Source: Chiloscyllium plagiosum (lineage: Eukaryota). Taken from it: a DNA stretch of 36,053 bases. The DNA is taken from NCBI RefSeq assembly GCF_004010195.1, contig NC_057749.1:7797936-7833988 (forward strand). Direction: 5' to 3'. The translations under genes and the position numbers were made by a program. Shown here in pieces: positions 9,951 through 22,784 of the stretch. The first letter of the stretch is position 1; the number at the start of each line of letters is the position of its first letter. The notes below the pieces were generated by a model. The model searched no databases, was not told the DNA's origin, and saw only the letters and a list, made by a program, of their open reading frames with translations.

Positions 9951-10862
9951 CTAAGTTTGCAGAGCACCCAACGATAGGTGGAGGAACAGGTAGTGTTGAG
10001 GAAACAGGAAGGCTGCAGAATGACTGGACAGGCTAGGAGAGTGAGCAAAGAATTAGCAGATGGAATGCAATGTGAGAAAGTATGAGCTTATACACTTGGG
10101 TAGGAAGAATAGGATTATAGCCTATTTTCTAAATGGGGAAAGTCTTCCGAAATCTGAAGCACAACGTGATTTGGGAGTCCTAGTTCAGGATTCTGTAAAG
10201 GTTAACATTCAGATTTAGTTGGCAATTAGGAAGGCAATGTTAGCATTCATTTTGAGAGGGCAAGAATACAGGAGCAGGGATGTACTGCTGAGGCTGTATA
10301 AGGCTCAGGTCAGGCTCAAATATTTGGAATATTTGAGTAGTTTCAGGTCCCGTATCTAAAGGAGGATATGTTAACATTGTGGGGGGTCCAGAGGATATTT
10401 ATCAGAATTATCCTGGGGATGAAGAGTTTGTCATATGACAGGTGACTGGGAACTCTGGGTTTGTACTCAGTGGAGTCTAGATGGATGAGGGGGATTTGCT
10501 TGAAGCTTACACAATACTGAGAGGCCGGGGTAGAATGGAAGTGGAGAATATGTTTCCACTAGTAGGAGGGGGTAGAACCTAAGGGTTTAGCGTCAGAGTG
10601 AAGGGATGGCCTTTTAGAACTGAGATGAGGAGGAATTTCTTCAGTCAATGGATGGTTAATCTCTGGAACTCATTGCCACAGAGGGTTGTCATTGAGATAT
10701 TTAAGACATAGATAGATAGGTTTTTGATTGGTAAGGAGATCAAGGGTTACAGAAAGAAAGCAGGAGATTAAGGTTGAGAAATACATTAGCCACGAACAAA
10801 TGGCAGAGTAAACTGAATGGGATGAATGGTCTCCTTCTGCTCCTATGCAAAGTTTTTATGTT
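9951..10862 (+). mobile_element. Decayed CR1 ORF2 3' part plus tail
   Basis: 'aagtttgcagagcaccc' (degenerate KFADD), 'gatttgggagtcctagttcagga', 'aggaggaatttcttcagtca...gttaatctctggaactcattgccaca', then tail. Confidence 0.9.
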
Positions 10863-12987
10863 CTAGTGACTACAAAACACATGGAAAAGCACACATTGAC
10901 AGAGTAACTCAAATGTCGTTTTGAGGGAACACACTATTGTCAACAATGTGTATGCTAAGTCTTTCTTGCATTTGTCTGAACGCAGTTGCCTCTGTTAACA
11001 TAATCCGTAGAAAGTTGTATGCAAAGACTGCTCTGTCACAATATCGTTGCAGAACTTGGACAACTGGGGGGAGCGGTGGTCAATGTAATGGGAATCTATG
11101 GTTTCTTTCCAGTCATGTGAACATCTTGTACATCAAGAATCACCAGCAGATCATGAGCGATTTGCTAACTTATTTCAAAATATTAAGTTTCCTTTAAAAT
11201 AGAGAAAAGCAAAATTCAGATGAATGCTCCAATAGATCCATTAGTGTCTGATGGAGCTGTTTCAGGGCTTGGGGGATTTAATCTCTTTTGGTTTTGCCCT
11301 ACTTAAAAAAAGTCTCAGAATATTCTTTTTCAGCAGATATTTAAAAGCCATTTATTTAAAATGGGCTGTGTTAAAACAGTGTGCAAATGCATTAAGCAGT
11401 GCTGCACCAGAGGAAATTAAACCCCATAATGGTTCAGATAGCTGTTAATCATACTTAAAAAGATATACAGGTTCAAAGTGCAGTACTGCAGAGTTACTGA
11501 TTCTTCACAGCTGCAGCAGTTCAAAGACAGCAATGTAGTCAATAACCTTTCAGCAATATATCTATAGACTCTCGATAGACAGAGTTAACTATGTAACTGT
11601 AACGTGTGTGAAATTCAGTACGTTTCTGAAATGAACTGGCAGCCTCTAGAAATCAGTTACACAGCACCTCAATATTAAAGCCGTTGTCCAGGAATTACTA
11701 ATTGAAAACAATCATGGCAATTCCAATTATACTGAAAACAGATAATTGGGAATTCAATTACAATTACTGGGTTTCAGCGAAAGTAGCCAATATTGTCACA
11801 AATTACACCCTTATAGTCATTGATTACTACTCAGTTACACCAAAATCTTGACTTGAGTGTTGTTTTTCTTGTGGTTACCTTGAAACACTATTTTGAATCA
11901 TTCTAGCTTGGAATATGGGATTAGCAATTTGAGACAAGAATGCCCTTTCGCAAATCAGATGCATGTGGAAATAGAGCCAGAACATAGACTATATGAAATG
12001 GACAGTTATATTGAGTTCCATTATAATCATTCACACCTGAATGAACAACCATTGGCACGACAAAGAGTATCACAAATTCTCCATTAACTAGATTCATCCT
12101 AATAAGGGGTGCTCCAGTATAATCTGTTGGGATTGAGAAGGGCTTCTGCTCTCTGTGGCACAGTGGTATTGTCATGAGCCCAGATTTAAACCCTACGTGC
12201 TCATGGCATTTCCCAAATGGGTTGATTAAAATATCTAGAAAAGAGATTCAGTGGCAGTACTCTGCCCCAAATGTTAGCTGGTTGTGGTTGATTCTTAGTT
12301 GAATTTGGAGGGAGCAGAGGAGATGGATATTCAAAACATTTGCTCTTTCTATAATTTGAATTCAAAATGATTTGTCCTTGGGCTGTACTGCTGACATGAA
12401 ATGTACAGTGTGAATTTTAAGAATGTTATGATCGTATTGTGGAAGGTTGTAAGAGTGAAACATGCTGGAGATGAAGTGAATTTTATTGCACTTCTCGAAA
12501 ATTTCAAGAAGTGCACTGTAATGCATTTTAGTAAATGTTATGAATAAATTATCTTTTTACAAAAAAAATAAATTGAGTTTAACTGAAAATGAGTTTGAGT
12601 TAATGTGACATGTGACAATTAAAGAGGAAATCAATTTCAAAAGTTGGAGAATAAAATATTCTTGAATAGCAAAATGGAGAATAAGGGTGAATATAACTGA
12701 GCACTTAGAATTTTCAGAACTCGGAACACAACACTTAGATTTCTTTTCAGGGCCATGTGTCATTCACAACATGCAAATCTACATGACAAGTTGTAACTTT
12801 TCACTGAAACAGTAAGAGATGTAAACTTTAAATAATACTATTATTTCAGTCAAAGTTATCAATTGCAAATGCTTGTGGATCATCAGCCCTTGTGTCATTT
12901 TCTTGCCTAGCTCAATCTCATAAACAGCAGGGAGATAAATGGGAAAGAAATGAAGGAGCAGTCCTGGCCCCAACATCAAACGATTTA

Positions 12988-13192
12988 AAACCAAAAGAGA
13001 AAATGCTGGAAAATCTCAGCAGGTCTGGCAGCATCTGTAAGGAGAGAAAACTGACAAAGCTTTGACAAAGGGTCAGTTAGACTCGAAACGTCAGCTCTTT
13101 TCTCTCCTTACAGATGCTGCCAGACCTGCTGAGATTTTCCAGCATTTTCTCTTTTGGTTTCAGATTCCAGCATCCGCAGTAATTTGCTTTTA
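12988..13192 (+). mobile_element. Short PLE-related hairpin element: perfect 63-bp inverted arms around a hammerhead-like motif
   Basis: 12988-13050 is the exact reverse complement of 13098-13160. Centre reads AGCT-TTGACAA-A-GGGTC-agtta-GACTC-GAAA-C-GTC-AGCT. ACCAAAAGA direct repeat at 12990-12998 and 13192-13200. Confidence 0.85.
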
Positions 13193-13494
13193 CCAAAAGA
13201 TTTATTTGAGAGTCTTTGAAATCAAACTTGGAAGCTTAAATATCTCTCTACAGAGACAACTGGGGCCCTAGTTAAACAGCTTAAATGAAGCCCCAGGCAA
13301 TATGGAACCCACAAGCAAAAATCTGAGCCAAGCTTTTTAGCTGCTTTTGGATCTGTTGGTTTAGACTATAGTGCAACTCTATATATATCCAGCAGAGGGA
13401 GTGTACTCATGGTGGTGATGCTGTCACTTCTTATGTGAACTACTAACAACGACATTTCTTGATGGCTTGAAAAATAATTCTGCTAGGAGACACC

Positions 13495-14350
13495 GTGGAA
13501 CCACAGAAGTGTCACATTGCAGAAGGAGGCTGTTCAACCCATCCTGCCTGTACCAGCGGCATCATTACCAAACCCAATCTTCTGCCTTTTCTTTGTACCC
13601 TTGCACACTCTTTCCATCCAACATCAAACTCCCTCTTGAATGCCCCAGGTGAATCTGCCCCACCATATTTCCAAAGTAGATTAACAGGAGGCTGGAAGAA
13701 CACAGCAAGCCAGGCACTGTCAGGTGGTGGAAAAGTTGACCTTTCCAGGTAGTATATTCCATATCGTAACAACTCACTGAGTGGAAAAGGTTATTTCTCA
13801 CATCACCCTTGCTTCTTTCACTTTAAATCCATGCCCCACTCATTTTTGTTCCTTTTACAAGAAGTAACAGCTTCTCCCTATCTACTCTACCCAGTTCTGT
13901 CATGGTTTTGAAACTCTCCATCAAATCTCCTCCCCGCGCTCTTCTCTCCCAGGAGAATAGTTGCAACTTCTTCATCTTGTTCTCAGACATTAACCAGGAT
14001 TCTGGATTAATATTCCAACAATAATACAACTAAGCCATCATCTGCCTTTCTTGCTTTCTCTCCATAGCCTTTGACCCCCTTCAACCCTAAGAACTATATG
14101 TAACTCCTTTTTGAAAACATTCAATATTTTGCCTTCTACCACTTTCTGTGATAAAGAATTCCACAGGCTCACCACTCTCTTCTTGAAGAAATTTCTGCAT
14201 CATCTTAGTCCTAAAAGCTCTACCACAAATTGTGATCCCTTGTTCTGGACTTTCTAGTCATCAGGAACATCCTCCTTGCATTTGTCTTGTCTAGTCATGT
14301 TAGAATTTTACAACTTTCTGTGAGATCTCATTGTCTTATTCTTCCAAATG
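13495..14350 (-). mobile_element. Cluster of decayed antisense CR1 fragments, with small SINE and PLE bits
   Basis: Minus ORF ERRARGGDLMESFKTMTELGRVDREKLLLL (CR1 ORF2 C-terminus). Antisense tail 'gaattccacaggctcaccactctct..gaagaaatttct'. Confidence 0.75.
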
Positions 14351-14589
14351 CTTCCAAATTCTAATTCTTTCATGCCTCTATTAATAAAATATACCCCATT
14401 AACCCTCCATTGGAGGATGCAATGGTGCAAGCTAACCAGAAAAGGAGGCCATGAGGTGCTTCACAGTTAAGAAGTTGTGACATGATCTGGGATAGTGTAG
14501 TTTTTCTTCATTAAGACCTTTATCGCCAAACTCAGTATCCGTGCCTCCATCACTGCTGCATCATTGCTAGGATACAGCAATGTGGAAGT

Positions 14590-15020
14590 GAAAAGAAACA
14601 TCTGTGTGAGGAACAGGAAGGAGTTGAGAGAGAATTTGGAGGTGATGGAACTCCCATGAGATTGCAGTTCTTGTCTTTCTTGGTGATACAGGAGCAAGAG
14701 AGTGAGAGAGAGAGCGAGAGAGAGAGCGAGAGAGATAATCTCAAGAGCTCATGCAGAACATTCTGTAGTCACAAATTCTAACAGCAACCACATTTTGGAG
14801 TGGGTTTTGAGTTCAAAGGCAGGAGCATCAATCAAGAAAACTGTTTAGTCCTGGAAGGGATTAAGCTTCTTTAATGTGCTTATTGTTTTTAAAGCAAGAC
14901 AGCAGTGAGTATTCCATGACACTCCTAATCTAAGCTTTACTGATGGCTGGGAAGGTTTCAAAGGTTGGAAAGTGAGTCAAGTATACTGCCTCAAACTACA
15001 CTTTCAGCCACAATATTGAA
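14590..15020 (-). mobile_element. Very old LINE (CR1/L2-group) fragment
   Basis: 'gtgagtattccatgacactcct' is near-complementary to 'gtgtgatggagtact' in the plus-strand relative at 30830-31090. Family recognised from memory only. Confidence 0.45.
14697..14735. repeat. (GA)n microsatellite
   Basis: Direct reading of the sequence. Confidence 0.9.
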
Positions 15021-16362
15021 ATTACTACTTAGCTTCACAAAGGGAGCTTTGGAATGGGATGTGCTCAATAATGATGAACTCATTGCCTGTGGCTAATCAG
15101 TCCAAGTTTGGATGCTATCTACATCCCGCTATTAGACAGGTTGAGACAGCTTCATTATCAGAGGATTCATAATGGAGGTGAGCATTATGGATTAGCCACA
15201 GTTTATGGGACATGATTTTGAGACTGAAGTTGGTATTTAATTCTATGTACTGTTGCTGAATTAATAACATAATTCGATTTGGACAAAAATAAAGGTGAAT
15301 TGTTGCAACATGTATTTCAGTAGAGATTTGAAAGATTTTAGTCAGTCAGCATAATTTTTTTTAGACAATATGTATACAGATTTGGCAATTTATGACAAAA
15401 TCTATTTTTAAATTATTGACAGTCTTGTAAAATGACTGATCACTGTTTGGCCCTTATTTCATTTATTTTCTTTTGAGTGTTCCAGATTACTGCTGACACA
15501 ATGTTACTATTGTGGGTCCATGTGTACTTTGCAGAGTCCTTAGGATTATTGTCAATTAATATTGTGTTTTTTTGGCTTGAACTCAAATGTTTCCTATTGT
15601 GAGTGTTTTCTATACAACTCTGAGTCCTCAATGCAACGTTGACTCTCCATTAATCCGAATGTGGAAAAGTGGAAACAGTTTAAAATAGGATTTAGACTGT
15701 GACCTTTGTTGGGCATTTGTTTCACAACTGCGACTTTATCAGAGCTGAAAGCCAGAGAAGCCTTGGTTGGAATCTTCTGGAGGTGATGGGGAAACAGGGG
15801 AGGTCTTGCCTGCTGGCTTGAGACCTAGAAAACTGCCCACCCAGAGAGAAAGAACAATGCTACATGGAAATGTGGGTCAGGTTGTTTTGGGCTTCCATTT
15901 TGAAATATATGAGACAAGTTGGATCAATATATGACGTTCAGAGATTTTACTGGCTTTTCCTTCTGGGAGTGTCCGCTTTTTTAGTATAGGTACATTGATC
16001 CTTGAGAAAGGGCACGTGGGCAGCCTGAGTGAGACAAAGACCATGTGAACTGGAACTTAGGTTCAAACAGAGGCAAGAAGTGCTTTAAATAAATTTACTG
16101 CAGGACATAAAATGTGATGAAGGGGGGAGTTTTCTAAAGGGTAAGGAAGAGTTGCTTCTTTGTCCTGCTCTTCTTTTCAGCCTCTAGTATTTGAATTCTA
16201 ACTGTGCAATAAAAGGAACAGGTAAATCAATAACTGTTGTTATTGAAGCTATAAGTGTTGGATTGCTTTATCAGTATTGTAATGTTTACTGGCAACGCTA
16301 AAGCTCATTAGGAGGAGTGGGCTGTTCTTAATTAATTCCTAATTAATTAATATATAATCGAG

Positions 16363-16950
16363 ATGGTAGAGCAGATGATGTGCTGTAACTGCAGAGTTTG
16401 GGAGCCTCTCGTTGCTTGTGTGACCCAAGGCAAACGCATCTGCAGTACCTGGCAGTTGCAGGAACTTGATCTCAGGGGTATTGACTTGGAGGCTGAGCTA
16501 GACATTGCAACACATCAGGCCGAAGAAAATTACCTCAGCACTTCCAACTCAGCACCATCCTCTTGTCCTGTCCTCCCTGTCCATCTTCCTTCCCACCTAT
16601 CCACTCCACCTTCCCCACCATCACCCCCACCTTCATTTACCTATTGCATTCTCAACTATCCTCCCCCCAGCCCCACTCCCCTCTCATTTATCTCTCAGCC
16701 TCCTCGGATCACCCCTTCATTCCTGATGAAGAGCTTATTCTTGAAATGTCAACTCCTCTGTTCCTCAGATGCTACCTGACTGGCTGTGCTTTTCCAGCAC
16801 CACACTCTTCGACTCTGATCTCCAGCATCAGCAGTGTTCACTTTCTCCCACTTTATTCCAATAGCTATTCATGTCCCTGAGGGTAGAGTCTTCTGATTTG
16901 GTCAATTATCAAAGATAAGAAGGCATGACTGCGAGTGAGGCAGGTAAGGA
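16363..16950 (+). mobile_element. CR1 ORF1 N-terminal remnant (zinc finger plus leucine zipper), interrupted by a PLE tail
   Basis: MVEQMMCCNCRVWE...ICSTWQLQELDLRGIDLEAEL resembles the CxxC..CxxC plus coiled-coil start of fish and shark CR1 ORF1. Continuation 'gactgcgagtgaggcaggta' near 16930. Confidence 0.7.
16540..16848 (+). mobile_element. PLE 3' tail with decayed hammerhead motif
   Basis: Homologous to 3620-3830. CTGATGA at 16723-16729, then 'agagcttattcttGAAAtGTC'. Confidence 0.8.
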
Positions 16951-17714
16951 GAGAGCAAAGTGTGGTTCCAGAAGGAAATGGGGAAGAAGGTGCCTCTGAA
17001 TGGACCCCCTTCCTGATGCCAACTTCTTCATTTAAGCAGTGAGTGTCCTTGAACTAGGGGTACCTACTTTAAAACCAACCCTGCATGAAATTGCATGTCC
17101 TGTTCCCTGCTGGGAGAACAGCCTCCTGCTATTTGTTGCTAGATTAAAGCCCGCAGTAGCAGCATAATGCCCTGAAGCAAGCATCACATGCACTTAAGGA
17201 CCTCATGGGTAACTGGTTGGCTGGACTATTCATGGGCCTTCCCATCATAGTGGGATGGGATGGGAGAGCTGGGGAGGCAAAAGGATCCCAAGCCACCTGA
17301 TTCAGTCTCCCCAACCCTACCGCTATTGCCACTGAATATTCCACAGGGAAGGGCATCAGATTCTGCCATAGCTAACACACTTAAACTGAGTGTCCGATGA
17401 AGTTATGCAGGCTCAGCCACAAGATGCACTGGTCAACCCATCCTCTGCCTGTTGCAGGCACTGTCATTGCACAGAGAAGTTCAATCTTGTCACTGATGTG
17501 TACACTCTTGCACGCAATTGATCAGATTGGCATTCATTGTTGGTTAAAGGACTTGTGGATTTTTTAAAATCTTAAAAGCACAGTATCCATTTCTAGGTCA
17601 GTTTTTCAAATGGGGTGATATGACAACTGGATCCTTGGGTGATTACTTTCATGTCTTCAGTTCCTGTCTAGCAATCACACAAAAGCCAGCGTCCAAGCTC
17701 AGCCGATAATAGGG

Positions 17715-18342
17715 AAGACAGATGGAACATCGGCCTTTATTTCAAAGGGAACAGAACATAAAAATGAGGAGGTTTTGCTAAGACCATACAAGGCACTAAT
17801 GAGCCCACAGTTGGAATACTGTGAACAGTTTTGGGTTCCTTATTGAAGTGGAGATACATTGGCATTGGAGGTAGTCCAGAGAAGGTTCACTAGGCATGGA
17901 AAGACTGTCTGATGAGGAGAGATTAAATAGATTGGATTTGTATTCATTGAAATATAGAAGAATGAGAGGTGACCTTATTGAAACATACAAGCATCTTAAA
18001 GGACTTGACAGGGTAGCTGTCAAAAGGTAGCTTCCCCTTGTGGGAGAGTATAGGGCCAGAGGTCACAGTCTCTGAATAAGGGGTCACACATTTAAGGCAG
18101 AGATGGGAAGGAATTTCTTCTCTCAGAAATGGCAATCCATGAAATTCTATACCACAGAGGGCTATTGAGGATGGGTCATCAAGTATATTCAAGTTGAGCT
18201 AGACAGAGTTTTAATCAGTAAGGGAATAAAGGGTTGTCGGGAAAGTAGAGTTGAAGATTATCAGATCAACCATGATCTCATTGATGAATGGAACAGTCTC
18301 ATTTGGCTGAATGGCTTATATCTGCTCTTACATCTCATGGTG
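17715..18342 (+). mobile_element. CR1 3' fragment
   Basis: 'ttggaatactgtgaacagttttgg', 'agaagaatgagaggtgaccttattgaaacatacaag', and tail. Confidence 0.92.
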
Positions 18343-18867
18343 TCTGATACCCTTCAAAGTCAGGGAATATGGGCTGGTGAGTGGCAGTTTCTAAATGACA
18401 GAGAGTCTATTGGCAAAGGCTGGCACTAAATCCTAACTTCCAACTTTGCATGGCTGGTTGAATTCATTTTCGGCATCTTGATTGACTCGAAGTTTTATTG
18501 AAATGATTTGCATAGACTGTAAGAAAGTTAAATGAGAACACTAGGAAAAAGAATAAGAGTCAATGTAGCAAATAATTAGAGACTGGATGGAGTGTGCACT
18601 CAGTGCATAAAGTATTCAGAATAGAAGTGGAAAGCTAGAAATGTGAACAAGTGTGGAGGGCTATGAATTGGGTGCAATAAATGCATTGCCTAAGACTGGA
18701 CAGTAGTGGGAACTGCTGAAACATATCCAAGAGTGAATAGAGAAAGTGCACTTTGATATTTTCTAACCAATCTGTCAATGTCACATAGTGTTCAGTAAAA
18801 GAAAAAAAATAGAAGTTCTATAACTCAGTGGTTCTGAAGGGGTGAATGTTCATGCTACATGAGGTGA

Positions 18868-19235
18868 CCTATAGGATTCTGAAGGGGCTCGACAGGGTAA
18901 ATGCTGAGAGGATGTTTCTCTTCATAGGACATCTAGGACCGGAGGGCATCATCTCAGAATTAAGGGACGCCGAGTCAAGAGTAACATGAGGAGCAATTTA
19001 TTCTCTAAGCGTTGTGAGTCTTCGGAATTCCTTGCCAGAGAGACCTGTGGAGGCAGAGTCCTTGTGTTTTTTTTTAAGGTTGAGGTACATTCTTGATCAG
19101 TCGGGGAGTCGAGGGTTACGGGAAAAAAATCAGGAAATTGGACGCAAGGAAGGTCTGATCAGCAGTGATCTTACTGAATGGCAGAGCAGGCTCGAGGGGC
19201 CGAATGGCCAACTCCTGTTCCTGTTTCTTATGGTC
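18868..19235 (+). mobile_element. CR1 3' fragment
   Basis: SLRNSLPERPVEAESL, tail 'gcagagcaggctcgaggggccgaatggccaactcctgttcctgtttcttatg'. Confidence 0.9.
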
Positions 19236-19344
19236 GTATTGACTGTACCCATTCTACTGATGCTACGCACAGCCAGTGGGTGGAGGTGGGGGTTTTACTC
19301 TAGCTTTCAGAAGGGGTGGATGTATCTGTACCAGCTCCCTAAGG

Positions 19345-19500
19345 CCATACAGGCAAGCCCTTCCAGCCTGGTCCACCATTTACCAAGATCACGGCTGAGC
19401 TAATCATAACATCAGCTCTACATTCCTGCACGCCACCGCTAATCGTTCATCCTCCAAGATCCTGAGGTTCTCATCATTATGCCTGACCAAACATTGCTTA
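19345..19500 (-). mobile_element. Decayed CR1 tail
   Basis: 'cccttccagcctggtccaccatttaccaagatcacggctga' is an antisense tail. Confidence 0.6.
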
Positions 19501-20125
19501 TTGTTATCCTGTAATAAACCTTGTTATCTGAGGATAGTTCCTCTAACGTAGCTACTCCATGGTGATATCTATCAATAATTACTGGATTGGCCCAAGGTAA
19601 AGCAAAGACAAAGGAGGAATGGTGACAGTAAACTGTCCTCAGACAGCCCTTATCTGGTATCGCAGACTGGTGGTATCTTGAGGTGCCAGGAGTAGTCACC
19701 TGAGAAAATAACAAAGCCTACCCTGTTTCACTAGAGATCAGATAATCTAATGGCTGTCATGACAAGATAAAACGATTAAGTGTTTGGAGGTGCGTGGGTT
19801 CCGCAAGGACTGTAGACACAGATCTGTCAATCGTAAATCTTGTGTGGCAAATTTGATGGAGTTTTGTAAACAAGCAAGTGGTTGGACAGATAGAGAATAT
19901 GGTTGATTTGTGTATAGAGGTATCTAGAGATTCAAACAGAGATGAAGGGGAAATGTGCTTTTTTTTTCAGGCACAGTGTATCTAATTTCTGGGAATAACA
20001 TCCAGCATCTGTTCTGCAGGCTGCATCCACTGGGCTGCAATTCACAGCTGCCCAGCAAGTTCATTTGAAAAAGCGAAGAAGGGTCTTCTACAACTTTGCG
20101 AGAGGCTACACAGCTTTATAGGTCA

Positions 20126-20434
20126 AAGAATCTCTACGGTGCAGAGAGGCCATTCGAGTCTGCACTGACACTCAATGAGCATCCAACCCAAACCCTGTCA
20201 CCATCATTTCCCATGTCTAATCCACCCTGCTTACACATCCCTGTGACACTGTAGACAAGTTTAACATGGCCAATCAATCTGACTGACACATCTTTGGATT
20301 GTGGGAAGAAACCCACACAGACACAGGTAAAACACGTGCAGGCTTCACACAGGCAGTCACCCGAGGCTGGAATCAAACCCACGTCCCTAGCGCTGCATGG
20401 TAGCAGTGCTAACCACGGAGCCACCATGCCACCC
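20126..20434 (-). mobile_element. HE1/V-SINE-like SINE, diverged
   Basis: Minus GGGTGGCATGGTGGCTCCGTGGTTAGCACTGCT. Body homologous to the other copies. Confidence 0.88.
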
Positions 20435-21400
20435 AAGGGTAAAAGGACAAAAGAGATGTTCAGGACTGTAACAGGGCACTACAATCTTAAAGCTGGCATG
20501 TCCGGCTCCCCACTTTGAGTGCAGGACTCTGACAAAGTGCTCATTGCTTATTCACCAACTCAAATGGCAAGTTTGAGCAGGTTGCCAGGATTCATTTAAA
20601 ACCTTGCAATACTTCAACAACGCAAATTCTACCTTTCTGTCACCCTGTGCTCCATACCCTTCACTTCACCTCCACTCATCTGTCATTAAATTCTGGTCAA
20701 GATGAGTCACAGGAGCACCTTATAAAGATTCCTCAGCCAGTGTGGGGAGAACTGAAGGCTGGCATCATAGACAGGATCCATCGTCAGGACTATTAAAAAG
20801 TTAATCAAGGCAATAAAGGGATAATGAATGATTTGTGAAAATCTTAGATCTAAGAACATGCAACAACTAAAAAATGAAGCAATTTCTCTTGCTTGCTCTC
20901 CAGCCATAACCGAGCTTTCTAAAGCATAAAATAGGGTAATTATAGCAGTTTTATTGGCCTTTAGAAAACAGCAACTGTGTTCCTACTATTGTATCCATCT
21001 GTGTTCTATAAGCTTGTTTCCAATACATCAGTTAATTAACTGGGCCAAGTTTTATTTCACTAACACCCATGGATTGAGATTGAAAATAGACATGGGACAT
21101 TGATGAAGGATGAGAGGGAGGAAAAATGAATTCAGTTCCTGACCACCCCTTGGTAATGCATGCCAAGAGTCACAATTATTAAGTGTGTCTTGTGTTTATA
21201 AAGACTAGATGCAACACCCTTTTCTGGCTAAGTCCCATCTCATTTCATTACTAAGAAGACTGTCATGCTAAACTTTTTAACTTATTTCTTTATTTTTATG
21301 CTTCTGTAATTAAGATTTTGTACCAAGGTACTTGTACCTAAGATGGCACAGTGTGTGGTGACATTGTACGCCTTTCACTGTACTCCTCTATCCAGTACTT

Positions 21401-21752
21401 GAGGCAATGGCTTGGTGGTATTATTGCAAGACAATGAATTCAGAAACTCAGCTGATGTTCTGGGCACTCAGCTTCAAATCTCACCATGGCTGAGAGTGGA
21501 GTTTGAATCCAATAAAGAATCTGGAATTAAATGTCTAACGATAACCCTTGTCGATTGATGGACAAAAACCCATCTGGTTCACTAATGCCCTTTAGGGAAG
21601 GAAACTGTCATCTTTACCTGGTCTGGCCTATATGTGACTCCAGACTCACAACGATGTGGTTGACTCTTAACTGCCCTCTGGCAGTTAGGGATAAGCAATA
21701 AATGCCGGCCTAGCCAGAGATGTCCATATCCTGCAATGAATCAAAAACAAAG
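21401..21752 (+). mobile_element. tRNA-derived shark SINE (second family), full length
   Basis: A-box-like TGGCTTGGTGG, B-box-like CTTCAAATCTC, A-rich end. Homologous to the split copy at 5120-5915. Confidence 0.8.
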
Positions 21753-21888
21753 TCTAAATTTAAATCAGAGTGTACATTAAACAGAAAGCCCTGGAAGAGG
21801 AGATAGGTCACCAGTGTTGGGTTTACTCATGTCTGATCTCATTAAGTCTAAGTCATAGCCAAATGGCAAGAATCTTATTCAGCCCTTC

Positions 21889-22201
21889 TTTAGAAATTAC
21901 AGTGTGGAAACAAGCCCTTCGGCCCAACAAGTCCACACTGGCCCTCCGAAGAGCAACCCACCCAGACCCATTAACCTACAATAACCCCTTCAGCTAACAC
22001 CATGGGCAATTTAGCATGGCCAATTCACCTAACCTGCACATTTTTGGACTGTGGGAGGAAACCGGAGCACCCAGAGGAAACCCACGCAGATATGGGGAGA
22101 TTGTGCAAACTCCACACAGACAGTTGCCTGAGGCAGGAATTGAACCTGGGTCTCTGGCACTGTGAGGCAGCAGTGCTAACTGCTGTGCCAATGTGCCACC
22201 C
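21889..22201 (-). mobile_element. HE1/V-SINE-like SINE
   Basis: B box GGTTCAATTCC, V-domain-like 'ggtttcctctgggtgctccggtttcctcccacagtccaaaa', CR1-like tail. Confidence 0.92.
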
Positions 22202-22784
22202 ACTTGCCAACATCACATTATTTATAATCCCCCTGCCCTTCTGTAGCTGTTGTTCTTCTGGAGCTCAAAAGTACCTTTCAGAGTTTCCAAAGTTACTTGT
22301 GTTCAGCTTCAAACACTGTGCACTCATTACAATGAGTAACTTGCAGAGACTCAAGGACAGTGTGAACTGTTCACTGCCCATTAGAAAAGCCAGGCTTTGT
22401 TCTGTAATTTCAAGTTCAGACGGAGTCTCCAAGTGCAGATGATCTGAAGAACCTTTACCTCAAAACTGATGAAAGCTGAGAACAACTCCAAAAATAAAGA
22501 CTTATGTATTTTTATAAACACATAGAACTAACAAATGTAAAACTTACATTCACCTACACGTTGTATCAGTCTTTTTTAGATTCATTTATTACTTAGTCAG
22601 ACACCCAGATGACTCTTATAATATTATAAAATTATAAAACCTCTTGTGTTTCATTGTAGTTGTGTTCCTGACTGTAGATCATGTTAACTGTTCCAGCCTT
22701 TTTTTTTAATGTGACACTGAGGCAAGTCACATTTGGTTAATCAAACATAAGACTGCAATGAGCTGTGACCCACCTAGATCGGAA

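Noticed and set aside
12988..13160. MITE or pre-miRNA interpretation of the long hairpin
   Set aside because: The arms are homologous to PLE-type tails elsewhere in the window (5465-5500, 27665-27720), the structure is asymmetric, and it contains a hammerhead-like motif.
19439..19714. 91-aa minus ORF with an acceptor-like site near 19700
   Set aside because: Unrecognised peptide, weak donor, and the end runs into a CR1 tail.
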